Below are positions 10,165-19,572 of a DNA stretch of 64,000 bases, one piece after another (the stretch's first letter is position 1; every line of letters starts with the position of its first letter). The stretch spans positions 96,001 to 160,000 of the forward strand of contig JBBQFH010000001.1 of assembly GCA_038321865.1 (NCBI GenBank), read 5' to 3'. The notes below the pieces were generated by a model, which worked only from the letters and a program-made list of their open reading frames with translations, searched no databases and had not been told where the DNA came from. Position numbers and translations under genes: made by a program. The DNA comes from Gemmatimonadales bacterium (GTDB lineage: Bacteria; Gemmatimonadota; Gemmatimonadetes; Gemmatimonadales; GWC2-71-9).

Positions 10165-11862
10165 CTAGGCCACCGCGTACAGCTCGGTCACGTCCCGCCC
10201 GGCCGGGCGACTCATCATCCGGAATTCATCCAGACGCATCATCGGGTCGTCCCTGAGCTCGAGGTCCAACCCGGTGATCTTCTGCAGATTCTGCAGCATC
10301 TTCGGCTCCTCTTCCAGCAGATAGAGCGCGACCTCCGGATGGAGCCGGACCGTCAGCTGCCGCTCCCGATGCTCGTGGCCGGCCCGCTTCAGCGACCGCT
10401 CGAGGCGCCGCGCGACCACTTCCGGCGTGAATACCCGTCCCGAGCCGGCGCAGGTCGGGCAGTCGCGCGTGAGCGAGTGCCAGAGCGATGGGCGGACCCG
10501 CTGGCGCGTCATCTCGACCAGGCCCAGCTCCGACACCGCGAAGGCCTTGGTTCGAGCCCGGTCGCGGCCCAGGTGCCCGCGCAGTTCCTGGAGGACCTTG
10601 TCGCGGTTGGAGCGCGTCTCCATGTCGATGAAATCGCAGACGATGATGCCGCCGATGTCACGGAGCCGGATCTGCCTGGCGATCTCGCGGGCGGCCTCGA
10701 GATTGGTGCGAAGGATCGTCTTCTCGGGATCTTTCTTGCCGGTGTAGCGCCCGGTATTGACGTCCACCGACACCAGCGCCTCGGTCGGCTGGATGATGAT
10801 GGAGCCGCCGGTCGGCAGCTCGCAGCGCGCCTTGAAGAGATCGCGAATCTCGGACTCGATGTCGAACTTGTCGAAGAGCGGAGTGGCCTCGGCGTACAGA
10901 TGCACCCGACTGATCAGCTCGGGATCGATCTGCTGCAGGTAGGACTCGATCTCGTTGTACAGCTCCTTCGAGTCGACATGCAGGGCGTCGACCTTGGTGC
11001 TGAACAGGTCACGGATGATGCCGCGCGTGAGGCTCGTCTCCCGCTGCAGCAGCGCCGGGGCCCGGCGGACGAAGGACTGCTTCCGGTTGATCTTCTTCCA
11101 CAGTGTCAGGAGCGAGTCGATTTCGCGGCGGAAATGGTCCTCCGTCACGCCTTCGGCGACGGTCCGCACGATCACGCCGCCGGAATCCTTCGGCAGCATC
11201 CCGGTCACCATCTCCCGCAACTTCGCGCGCTGCTCCCGGCTCTCGATCTTCCGGCTGACGCCAACCTTGGATCCGTAAGGCATGTACACCAGGAAGCGGC
11301 CGGCGAGCGAGATCTGCGCCGTGACGCGGCAGCCCTTGGTGCTGATGGGCTCCTTGGTGACCTGCACCGGCAGCGTCTGACCCTTCTTGAGGATGTCCTG
11401 GATGTTGGGAATGGCCCGGCGGGGTGACACCTCACGCTGGCGCGCTTCCGGCTTTTCGGCGGCGGCAGCGGTGCGGCCGCGGCGGCGGCGCTCTCCCCGG
11501 CCCCAGCCGCCGCCATTACCGGGCTGAGTTCCGCCCGCGTCGTCCGACTCGCCGTCCACGGTGGCCGGCTCATCGATCGCCTCGACGTCGTCCTCGTCGT
11601 CCTCCTCCTCGTCCTCAGGCTCTTCATCCTCATCGGGCTCGAGCAGATCGGAGGCGTGGAGGAAGGCGCTCTTCTCCAGCCCGATGTCCACAAACGCCGC
11701 CTGGATGCCCGGAAGCACGGCCTCGACGCGGCCGAGATAGATATCGCCGACGGTGCGGCGGTGGTCGGGGCGGTCGTAGAGCAGCTCGACCAGACGATCG
11801 TCTTCCAGGATGGCCACGCGCGTCTCGCGCTGGCTGCCGTTGATCAGGATCTCGCGCTTCAC
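10165..11862 (-). CDS. Ribonuclease E/G family
   Basis: GIQAAFVDIG, QVTKEPISTKG, TEALVSVDVNTG, LRDIGGIIVCDFIDM, CPTC. GTG start after GAGGA SD. Confidence 0.95.
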   Translation of the reverse strand: MKREILINGSQRETRVAILEDDRLVELLYDRPDHRRTVGDIYLGRVEAVLPGIQAAFVDIGLEKSAFLHASDLLEPDEDEEPEDEEEDDEDDVEAIDEPATVDGESDDAGGTQPGNGGGWGRGERRRRGRTAAAAEKPEARQREVSPRRAIPNIQDILKKGQTLPVQVTKEPISTKGCRVTAQISLAGRFLVYMPYGSKVGVSRKIESREQRAKLREMVTGMLPKDSGGVIVRTVAEGVTEDHFRREIDSLLTLWKKINRKQSFVRRAPALLQRETSLTRGIIRDLFSTKVDALHVDSKELYNEIESYLQQIDPELISRVHLYAEATPLFDKFDIESEIRDLFKARCELPTGGSIIIQPTEALVSVDVNTGRYTGKKDPEKTILRTNLEAAREIARQIRLRDIGGIIVCDFIDMETRSNRDKVLQELRGHLGRDRARTKAFAVSELGLVEMTRQRVRPSLWHSLTRDCPTCAGSGRVFTPEVVARRLERSLKRAGHEHRERQLTVRLHPEVALYLLEEEPKMLQNLQKITGLDLELRDDPMMRLDEFRMMSRPAGRDVTELYAVA

Positions 11863-12022
11863 GTCGCCGTCCTCGGCCGCGCGCGGACCACTCACCCGGG
11901 TGAGTGGCCCGCGCCACTGGCTGTCGTTTCGGTGGGGTGTTCATGCCGCGCGCCGTCCCGCCGGCAATACACCCCAGCGGGTGGTATCCGGCGGAGACGG
12001 CGCGCGCGCGTCGTCGGCGTTA

Positions 12023-12051
12023 ATTATATGCGGCGGTGGGATTTAGGGCAA
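12023..12051 (-). promoter_or_regulatory. sigma70 promoter of the RNase E/G gene
   Basis: TTGCCC-N17-TATAAT; implies a 5' UTR of about 155 nt. Confidence 0.75.
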
Positions 12052-12052
12052 C

Positions 12053-13270
12053 TTAGCCCACGAGGTCACCCAGGATGTGGCGGCCGATGACGATCCGCTG
12101 AATCTCGCTGGTGCCTTCGCCGATCTCGCAGACTTTCGCATCCCGCATCATCCGCTCGACCGGGTAGTCCGTCGTGTAGCCATAGCCACCGAAAATCTGG
12201 ACCGCCTTGGTGGTGTTCCGCATCGCGAGCTCCGAGCAGTAGAGCTTGGCCATGGCCGCCTCCTTCTTGAACGGCTTGCCGTTCTGCTTGAGCCAGGCGG
12301 CGTGGTACCGGAGATGGGTGCCCGCTTCGAGTTCGAGGGCCATGTCCGCCAGCTGGAAGCTGATGCCCTGGAAGCTGCCGATGGCCTTGCCGAACTGCTT
12401 GCGCGTCCCGGCGTAGGCGAGCGCCTGCTCATAGGCGCCCTCGGCGATACCGAGCGAAAGGGCCGCGATCCCGATGCGCCCCGCATCGAGCGTCTTGAGA
12501 AAGTTGACGAATCCGAGGCCGGGCTGGCCGAGCACGTTCTCCTTCGGCACAATCGCATCCTCGAAGATGAGCTCGCGCGTGTCGCTCGCCCGCCAGCCCA
12601 TCTTGTCCTCCTTCTTCCCCGCCCGGACGCCGGGCGTCTTGGCGAGCGCTTCGTCGTGCCCGACCCCGACCTCACGGGTCCGGTCGAGATCCACCGTGTC
12701 CTTGGTGACGATGAAGCTGGTGATGCCCTTGCTGCCGCTGCCAGGCTCGGTCCGCGCCGTCACCGAAAAAATTTCGCCGACGCCGGCATGGGTGATGAAG
12801 ATCTTGGAGCCGTTGAGGAGGTAATGATTGCCCTTGTCGACCGCGGTGGTACTGGTGCCGCCCGCGTCACTGCCGGCTCCGGGCTCGGTGAGGCCAAATC
12901 CGCCCATCACCCGGCCCGAAGCGAGCAGCGGGACGTACCTCTGGCGTTGCTCCGGGGTCCCGAACTCGACGATCGGAGAGGTGCCGAGGTTGGTGTGCGC
13001 GCTGATGGTCAGCGCGTGACTCGCGTCGACCTTGGCCAGCTCGTGGATGGTGATGTAGTAGGCGAGCTGGTCGAGGCCCGCTCCGCCGAGTTCCTCCGGC
13101 CAGGGAACGCCGAGCAACCCGAGATCGCCCATCTTCCGGATGTTTTCCCAGGGAAAGGTCGAAGTCCGGTCGAGCTCGCGGGCGACCGGCTCCACCTCGG
13201 TGCGGGCGAATTCTCGAACCATCTCGCGGACCTGATGGTGCTGTTCGGAAAAGTAGAGTCCGTCGTCCAT
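12053..13270 (-). CDS. Acyl-CoA dehydrogenase (short/branched-chain type)
   Basis: FGLTEPGAGSD, NGSKIFIT, RKQFGK, IFGGYGY, IGEGTSEIQ. Extended -10 TGATTATATT at about 13329-13338. Confidence 0.93.
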   Translation of the reverse strand: MDDGLYFSEQHHQVREMVREFARTEVEPVARELDRTSTFPWENIRKMGDLGLLGVPWPEELGGAGLDQLAYYITIHELAKVDASHALTISAHTNLGTSPIVEFGTPEQRQRYVPLLASGRVMGGFGLTEPGAGSDAGGTSTTAVDKGNHYLLNGSKIFITHAGVGEIFSVTARTEPGSGSKGITSFIVTKDTVDLDRTREVGVGHDEALAKTPGVRAGKKEDKMGWRASDTRELIFEDAIVPKENVLGQPGLGFVNFLKTLDAGRIGIAALSLGIAEGAYEQALAYAGTRKQFGKAIGSFQGISFQLADMALELEAGTHLRYHAAWLKQNGKPFKKEAAMAKLYCSELAMRNTTKAVQIFGGYGYTTDYPVERMMRDAKVCEIGEGTSEIQRIVIGRHILGDLVG

Positions 13271-13335
13271 GGTCGCTGTCTGTCCGCGTTGAAGGCCGCG
13301 CGGCACAGGGGCACTCGCCGCGGCGCGGAATATAA

Positions 13336-14709
13336 TCAGCGGACGGGCGGGTGACCCCGTGTGATGCAGCGGTCGCAGCCCGAGCAGGTACGCACGGCCT
13401 CCCCGAAGTACCCGATCAGCGCTTTGCGCCGGCATCGGTTGGCGATGGCGTACGCACGCATCGTCGCGATCCGCCGCTCGGTGGCGGCGCGCCTGGCGCT
13501 GACCCGCTTCCAGTCGGGGTTTCCCCGCTCGGGGTGGAGCTCGAGCCGGAGCCGATCGGCCGAGTCACGGACGTTGGCAGGCACGCGCGCGGCGTCCTGC
13601 CGCCCCGACCAGATGGCTTCAAGCAGGCGCCGCGGCGGAAAAGTGACGTCGAGTTGGCGGCGGTGGAGCGCTGCATCGTCCCGATGGAACAACAGCACGC
13701 ACCGAGCCGGTGCGCCATCACGGCCAGCGCGACCGGCCTCCTGATAATACGACTCGGGCGTCGGCGGCATTGACCAGTGGATCACCCGTCGAACGCCCGG
13801 CTTGTCGATCCCCATGCCGAATGCCGATGTGGCGACGATGACCGTGACCCGGTCCCGCATGAAGCTGTCGAGCACGGCGCTGCGCGTGCCCGCGTCGAGT
13901 CCGGCGTGATAGGGGGACGCCGCATGGCCCCGGTGCCGCAGCGCGAGTGCGAGCGTCTCCGTACTCTTCCTGGTTGGAGCGTAGACGATCGCGGTCTCAC
14001 CTCGCACCAGCAGACCGTCGAGCGCGGCGAACCGCTCCCGTTCGTTCCGAACGACGTGGACGCCGAACCAGAGATTCGGCCGGTCGAAGGAATCCACAAA
14101 CGCGCGAAGCCCGCGACCCACGCCAGCGCCGAGCCCGAGCACATGGATGATGTCACGCCGGACCGCGGGTGTCGCGCTGCCGGTGAGGGCGATCGTCTGC
14201 GGGTTGCCGAGCTCGGCGCGTGTTCGGCCGATCAGCCTGAACTCCGGCCGAAAATCGTGTCCCCACTCGCTGATGCAGTGTGCTTCATCCACCGCCAGCA
14301 GGCCGACGCGACCACCGCACGCCATCAACGTCGCGCCGACCCGTGGCAGCCGCTCGGGTGACGAATAGAGCAGCGTCACCCGCCCCGCCGCCGCGTCCCG
14401 GAGCGTCAGCTCGGCGGCTTCCGCCGGGAGCGCGCTGTGGACCGCCGCCGCCGCGATTCCCCGTCGCCGGGCGCCGTCCACTTGATCCTGCATCAGTGAA
14501 ATCAGCGGGGAGACGACCAGGCAGACGGCCTGTCGGACGAGCGCGGGCACCTGGAAGCACACCGACTTGCCGCCGCCGGTCGGCAGCACACCAAGCACGT
14601 CATGGCCCGCGAGCACGCCACGCACGACCTGCCCCTGCACCGGCCGGAAATCGGAATGCCCGTAGTGACGGCGCAGCAGCCCTTGGGCGAGATCGTAGTG
14701 AGTTGGCAC
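13336..14709 (-). CDS. recQ: RecQ-family DNA helicase (short form)
   Basis: LPTGGGKS, DEAHCISEWGHDFRP, AFGMGIDK, YYQEAGRAGRDG, C-terminal Zn site CRR..CSGCDRC. Confidence 0.9.
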   Translation of the reverse strand: MPTHYDLAQGLLRRHYGHSDFRPVQGQVVRGVLAGHDVLGVLPTGGGKSVCFQVPALVRQAVCLVVSPLISLMQDQVDGARRRGIAAAAVHSALPAEAAELTLRDAAAGRVTLLYSSPERLPRVGATLMACGGRVGLLAVDEAHCISEWGHDFRPEFRLIGRTRAELGNPQTIALTGSATPAVRRDIIHVLGLGAGVGRGLRAFVDSFDRPNLWFGVHVVRNERERFAALDGLLVRGETAIVYAPTRKSTETLALALRHRGHAASPYHAGLDAGTRSAVLDSFMRDRVTVIVATSAFGMGIDKPGVRRVIHWSMPPTPESYYQEAGRAGRDGAPARCVLLFHRDDAALHRRQLDVTFPPRRLLEAIWSGRQDAARVPANVRDSADRLRLELHPERGNPDWKRVSARRAATERRIATMRAYAIANRCRRKALIGYFGEAVRTCSGCDRCITRGHPPVR

Positions 14710-14817
14710 GGGGCACGATGCGCGCTGTGGCCGACAAGACTGAACCCTTCCATCGCCTCGGGGGGCCTTGGCACCGCAGGGCGTGCGGCGATTCAGCGCT
14801 TGGCGATCGTGAGGGGA

Positions 14818-15417
14818 TCAGGGGACCCAGCGAAGTCCCATCACCACCGGAAGGATGTCGAGCGAAGGCTGCCCGGCGACATGGATGAGTCGCGCCTCCA
14901 CGAACAGCGCCGCCTGGCCGAGGCGAAGGGCGCCGCCGGCACCCGCGTGAATTCCGAAGCGCGTACGATAGGGTGCCAACGGCAGGGCGTCCTGGACGTT
15001 GTAGGCACCTGCACCGCCGAGCACGTAGGGAACGAGCGCGCGGCCAGCGGGTCCTATCCGGGCGGTGCCGCCGGCCGCGAATACCAGCACGTTGGTGGCC
15101 GGAAATGCCACGCCGAACGCGTTGGCGCCGCGGATGTGCAGGTACGCGGCGTCGAGACGAATTGCGAGCGCCGATCCGGCGCGCCGAAGCGTGAGCTCGC
15201 CCTGCGCAATCGGCCCGTGCCCGTAGCCGCTCCGTGCGTCGCCGAGGGCCGACGCGATTCCCGCCGCCCCCCCGAACCCAACCCGCAACAAGGACTGAGC
15301 GATGAGGCGGTGCGACGGTGCGGCCAGGACGAGCAGCGCGAGGCCGAGCGCGCGCAGACACCGGCAGGCGAAAACGGCGCGGGCTCTCTCGAGCACCGCG
15401 CCGTTCGTTTTACTCAC
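14818..15417 (-). CDS. Outer-membrane beta-barrel protein (8-strand type), divergent paralogue
   Basis: Signal peptide, amphipathic strands, PYVLGGAG, LFVEAR, C-terminal GLRW. Start uncertain. Confidence 0.65.
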   Translation of the reverse strand: MSKTNGAVLERARAVFACRCLRALGLALLVLAAPSHRLIAQSLLRVGFGGAAGIASALGDARSGYGHGPIAQGELTLRRAGSALAIRLDAAYLHIRGANAFGVAFPATNVLVFAAGGTARIGPAGRALVPYVLGGAGAYNVQDALPLAPYRTRFGIHAGAGGALRLGQAALFVEARLIHVAGQPSLDILPVVMGLRWVP

Positions 15418-15453
15418 CCACCCGAATGGGCGGCGCGGAACAGTCCGAACGGC

Positions 15454-15960
15454 TCAGCCGCCGAACTTGACGCCCACGTTGAGCTGCAGCGCCTTGCTTG
15501 TGCCGGAGCCGCCGCCATAGAAGAACAGATCAAAGGTCGCTTCCCCGAAGAGCACCGCACCGCGGTTCCGATGCTGGAAATGATAGTCGACGCCCGCGCC
15601 GGCCTTCGCCATCGGCTTCGTCAGGCTCGGCACGTGCACGATGCCGCCGCCGGCGAGGAGATACGGGTGCAGCATCGACGTCGGGCTGTGGAACGTATAG
15701 ACGATGTCGGCAGTGCCGAGGATCGACGTGCCATTGTTGCTCAAGACCGTGCCGTCGACCCGGAAGCTGACGGGATTGTGCTCCTTGCCGCCGAAGCCGA
15801 CCAGACCCATGCCGCCGAACGACGAGCCTCCGCCGCTCTCCAGCGAGAAAAGCCCGGTACCCGCCACGCCGAACGTGACGCCTTGAGCGTGCGCGATGGA
15901 CGGCGCGGCCACGAAGCCGGCCAGCAGCAGAGTCGCGATAGTGGTGCGCATGCGCTTCAT
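15454..15960 (-). CDS. Outer-membrane beta-barrel protein
   Basis: AGGAGG SD, signal peptide ending AHA-Q, PYLLAGGG, terminal GVKFGG. Confidence 0.8.
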   Translation of the reverse strand: MKRMRTTIATLLLAGFVAAPSIAHAQGVTFGVAGTGLFSLESGGGSSFGGMGLVGFGGKEHNPVSFRVDGTVLSNNGTSILGTADIVYTFHSPTSMLHPYLLAGGGIVHVPSLTKPMAKAGAGVDYHFQHRNRGAVLFGEATFDLFFYGGGSGTSKALQLNVGVKFGG

Positions 15961-16026
15961 GAGCTGACCTCCTGAATGAGTGGGATGTGCCCGTACCGGG
16001 CTCATGAACATCTTGCGAGTGGTCCG

Positions 16027-16061
16027 AAAAAGCAAACCGCCCCGCAGATGCGGGGCGGTTT
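16027..16061 (-). terminator. Intrinsic terminator
   Basis: AAACCGCCCCGCA-TC-TGCGGGGCGGTTT then GCTTTTT. Confidence 0.8.
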
Positions 16062-16078
16062 CCATGGCAACGAAACGC

Positions 16079-16576
16079 TTACTTACCGCCGAACTTGACG
16101 CCGAGGTTGGCCTGAAGCGCCTTCGTCATGCCGGATCCGCCGCCGTAGAAGAACCCGTCGAAGGTGGCCTCGCCGAACAGCATCACGTTGCCCATCATGT
16201 AGTCCGCGCCAACGCCAGCCTTGAACATCGGCTTGGTGAAATTCGGAACGTGGGTCACGCCGCCGCCCGCGAGGAGGTACGGGTGGAACATCGACGACGC
16301 CGCCGTGACGAACGTGTAGACGATGTCGGCCGTGCCGATGATCTGCGTCGCGCCCTTGTGCGTGACCGTACCGTCAACCCGGAACCCGATCGGGCTGCCG
16401 GCCTTGCCGCCGAAACCCACCAGCGCCATGCCGCCGAAGGCCGAGCCGCCGCCGCTCTCGAGCGAGAACAGGCCGGTGCCGGCCACACCAAAGTGCACAC
16501 CCTGCGCGTTCGCGCTCGACGCGCCAACGACCGCCGCCAACGCGAGAACCGCAACACCCTTCAACATGCCCTTCAT
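16079..16576 (-). CDS. Outer-membrane beta-barrel protein (close paralogue of 15454-15960)
   Basis: AGGAGG SD, signal peptide ending ANA-Q, long near-identical blocks shared with the neighbour. Confidence 0.8.
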   Translation of the reverse strand: MKGMLKGVAVLALAAVVGASSANAQGVHFGVAGTGLFSLESGGGSAFGGMALVGFGGKAGSPIGFRVDGTVTHKGATQIIGTADIVYTFVTAASSMFHPYLLAGGGVTHVPNFTKPMFKAGVGADYMMGNVMLFGEATFDGFFYGGGSGMTKALQANLGVKFGGK

Positions 16577-16863
16577 GTCACTTCCTCCTGGATACCGGTG
16601 AACGTGGTCGAACGTGTTGAATGAGGCTTTCTTAGCCTACCCGCCGGCCCGGCGAGTTCGTTTGCGCCTCGCAGGCTCTGCCAAAGTAGCGAATTTTGTC
16701 GGCGGCGCAACGACCAGCTTTGATACGCCCGCATCAAATCTATACACTTCAATGCTTTAACAACAATTGCCGGCCGGGAACCGACTGTCGTGAAGGCGCA
16801 ACGAAGCCACCTGTCGCCGCCGACCTACGCGCGGCGGGCGCCATTCGTTTCGATCTGCACGGT

Positions 16864-17052
16864 TCAGCCGTCTCGCGGAAGGCCGGTGCCGGACTCGTCT
16901 GACTCAGAGGCGCGGCGAGCCCGAATCCTCATCACCACCGCGCCCGCGAGCACGGCTGCGGCGACCCAGCCCAGCGGGCTGCTGCCGAGCGCGACCGCGG
17001 CTGCCGCCAGCAGCACCCCCGCCCCGCCGAGCCACAGCTTCGCGTCGGTCAT
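16864..17052 (-). CDS. Small two-TM membrane protein
   Basis: Two hydrophobic helices; start overlaps the crotonase stop. Confidence 0.5.
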   Translation of the reverse strand: MTDAKLWLGGAGVLLAAAAVALGSSPLGWVAAAVLAGAVVMRIRARRASESDESGTGLPRDG

Positions 17053-17819
17053 CACGGGCCCTTCAGAAATCGGCTGATCGCCTCGCGAAATTCCGCCGTA
17101 CTCCGGGCCAGTGCATTCGCCCGGGCACCCAGGGCAATCCCTTCATCGAAGGAACGACCGTCCAGCTCGAAGAAGAGCCGCTTGGTCAGTGCCAGCGCCG
17201 ATGCACCCGACGCCGCCAGACCCGCCAGCAGGGTCGCTGCCTCCTGGTCGAGCGAGGCTGCAGGAACTATACGCGAGACCAGTCCGAGACGTTGCGCCTC
17301 GCCGGCGTCGAGCGTGCGGCCGGTGAGCACCAGCTCGAGCGCCGCCTTTTCGCCGGCATGCCGCCGGAGCAGCGCCATTACCATGGCCGGCACGAATCCG
17401 CGCTGGATTTCGGGATAGCCGATCCTGGCCGTGTCCGCTGCGAGCACTATGTCGCAGGCGGTGGCCAGTCCGGCGCCACCGGCGAGGGCACGGCCCTGCA
17501 CCACCGCGACCACAACCTTGGGCAACGCCCGGAGCCGCTGGAAGATCGATCCTAGCCGCAGTGCGTCCTGTTCATTGGCGGCCGCGTCGCGGTCGGCCGA
17601 CGCGAGCAGCTCGTCGAGGTCGGCGCCGGCGCAGAAGTCGTTTCCGGCGCCACGGATCGCGACGACCCGTACCGCGGGATCAAGCTCGGCGCGCTCCAGC
17701 TCGCCGTGGAGACGCTCGATGAGCGCCGAGCTCAGCGCGTTCCGCTTCGCCGGCCGGTCGAGCGTCAGTGTAAGGACTCCGTCCCCGAGCTCGGCGCGCA
17801 GCGGCGCGGTATCGCTCAT
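17052..17819 (-). CDS. Enoyl-CoA hydratase/crotonase (LiuC/AtuE-like)
   Basis: LDRPAKRNAL, FCAGADL, GGAGLATACD, YPEIQRG. Confidence 0.9.
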   Translation of the reverse strand: MSDTAPLRAELGDGVLTLTLDRPAKRNALSSALIERLHGELERAELDPAVRVVAIRGAGNDFCAGADLDELLASADRDAAANEQDALRLGSIFQRLRALPKVVVAVVQGRALAGGAGLATACDIVLAADTARIGYPEIQRGFVPAMVMALLRRHAGEKAALELVLTGRTLDAGEAQRLGLVSRIVPAASLDQEAATLLAGLAASGASALALTKRLFFELDGRSFDEGIALGARANALARSTAEFREAISRFLKGP

Positions 17820-18187
17820 CGGGTGGCCGTCAGCCGGCGAGCGAGCGCCCGGGGCACCGGCACTTCCATGCGGAGCAGCGCCGTGGAGTAGACCTTGCCC
17901 TGCGCATCGGTCTTCAGGGATATCGTGCCGCCACCGTCCAGCGCGCCGTGAAGCAGGAAGTTCAGCACGTGCAGATTGGGAAGCTCGTAGCGGTCGACGC
18001 CGCTCACCATCCCTCGGAAGTGGCGCGCCACGCGGGCCCGGGTGACCTCGCGGACCAGCAGCGGATACAGCTCCGGTTCCAGCGCGATCAGTCCGACGTT
18101 CGCGGTATCTCCCTTGTCGCCGGAACGGGCATGGGCCAGATAGCGGAGCTGGACGGGCGTGCTGGCGGGACGCGCGGTCTTCGGCAT
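17816..18187 (-). CDS. AtuA C-terminal-like small protein
   Basis: AHARSGDKGD, RYELPNL..LNF, LDGGGT.SL..DAQGK. Confidence 0.8.
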   Translation of the reverse strand: MPKTARPASTPVQLRYLAHARSGDKGDTANVGLIALEPELYPLLVREVTRARVARHFRGMVSGVDRYELPNLHVLNFLLHGALDGGGTISLKTDAQGKVYSTALLRMEVPVPRALARRLTATR

Positions 18188-18198
18188 GAGTGCTCCGG

Positions 18199-19572
18199 TC
18201 AGGCGGTCAGGATGTCGACACGCACGTGCGGCTCGATCTCGCGCCGATCGATCAACGCAGGCCAGTAGGCCACGATTTCCTCCACCGCTGGTCGGCCGCC
18301 GGCAAAGCCCGTGACGCTGGGCGGGCCGGTCAGCACCAGCGGCGCAATCTCCCGTGAGAAGCGCTCGACCGGGGCCCGGTCGCGCGCCCGCACGCCCACG
18401 CGCAACTGCACCTCCGGCGCCTCGGCGTTCGCCGGGCCGGCCAGGCGGCCATGCGTGGCGTCGACGCCCACGTATTCGGTGAGGACCTGATCGAATGCGA
18501 GGCCGAGGGTGGCCAGACGCTGCCGCAGGATCCGGTCGGCTGCGCGCGCCTTTTCCCAGGCGTCGGGCCAGGAGTACACCAGCGTTCCGACCGCCTTGTA
18601 GCCGTAGAAGTACGCGATCGAGACCTTCAGCATCGGCGTGCGCGGACCACCCCGGATACCGCTCACGCGCACGCGATCCCGCCCCGCCTGCGCGAGGCGA
18701 ATGGACGTGAAGTCGGCGACACCATCCGGCGTGATGTAGGCGTGCGGATCGCCCATCTCGTAGACCAGCTGCTCGGTGACCGACGCGACCGACACGACGC
18801 CACCGGTGCCCGGATGCTTCGTGATCACGAACGTCCCGTCGGCGGACGCCTCGGCGATCGGAAACCCGGGATCGGCCAGGCCTTTCACCTTCCGCCAGTC
18901 CTTCATGAGATTTCCGCCGGACGCCTGCGCACCACATTCGATGATATGACCGGCGATCGTGCCGGCCGCGACCAGGTCCCAATCGTCCGGCCGCCAGCCG
19001 AACTCGTGGAACAGGGGTCCCAGCGTCAACCCTGTATCCGTCACGCGCCCGGTCACGACGACATTGGCGCCGCCGTCCAGCGCCTCGACGATCGGAGCCA
19101 TGCCGATGTACGCGTTGGCCGACAGCACCTTGTCGCGAATGTCGGACAGGGGGCGGCCGGTGTCCATGTCGCGCATTTCGTGGCCGCGTCCCATCAGGTC
19201 ATCAAGTCGGTCGAGGATGTCATCGCCAACGACCAGCCCCACGCGCACCTTCCCCTGCAGTCCGAGCCGGCGCGCCACGTCGAGCACCGCTTCGGCGCAG
19301 CCTCGGGGATTGACGCCGCCGGCGTTCGAGGTGACGCGAATACCCCGCTTGACCACATCGGGCAGGATACGCTCCATCAGCGGCGGAAAGTCGCGCGCGT
19401 ATCCGAGTTTGGGATCGCGCGACTTCTGTTTCTGCATGATCGACATCGTCACTTCGGCGAGATAGTCGAGCATCAGGTAGTCGATGGGGCCGCCCTGCAC
19501 CTGACGCACGGGCGCTTCCGGCCAATCCCCCCAGAATCCCTGGCCGGCAGCCACCCGCACGACCCGGCTCAT
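18199..19572 (-). CDS. Acyclic terpene utilisation AtuA family (DUF1446)
   Basis: [43 protein letters not shown]. Confidence 0.9.
   Translation of the reverse strand: MSRVVRVAAGQGFWGDWPEAPVRQVQGGPIDYLMLDYLAEVTMSIMQKQKSRDPKLGYARDFPPLMERILPDVVKRGIRVTSNAGGVNPRGCAEAVLDVARRLGLQGKVRVGLVVGDDILDRLDDLMGRGHEMRDMDTGRPLSDIRDKVLSANAYIGMAPIVEALDGGANVVVTGRVTDTGLTLGPLFHEFGWRPDDWDLVAAGTIAGHIIECGAQASGGNLMKDWRKVKGLADPGFPIAEASADGTFVITKHPGTGGVVSVASVTEQLVYEMGDPHAYITPDGVADFTSIRLAQAGRDRVRVSGIRGGPRTPMLKVSIAYFYGYKAVGTLVYSWPDAWEKARAADRILRQRLATLGLAFDQVLTEYVGVDATHGRLAGPANAEAPEVQLRVGVRARDRAPVERFSREIAPLVLTGPPSVTGFAGGRPAVEEIVAYWPALIDRREIEPHVRVDILTA

Noticed and set aside
16600..16622. GAACGTG repeats upstream of the OMP gene as an SOS box
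   Set aside because: Period is 10 then 9 bp rather than 11, and the CCGAA core seen at lexA is absent.
16670..16685. Minus-strand TTGGCAGAGCCTGC as a sigma54 promoter
   Set aside because: GG-to-GC spacing is 8, not the required 10.
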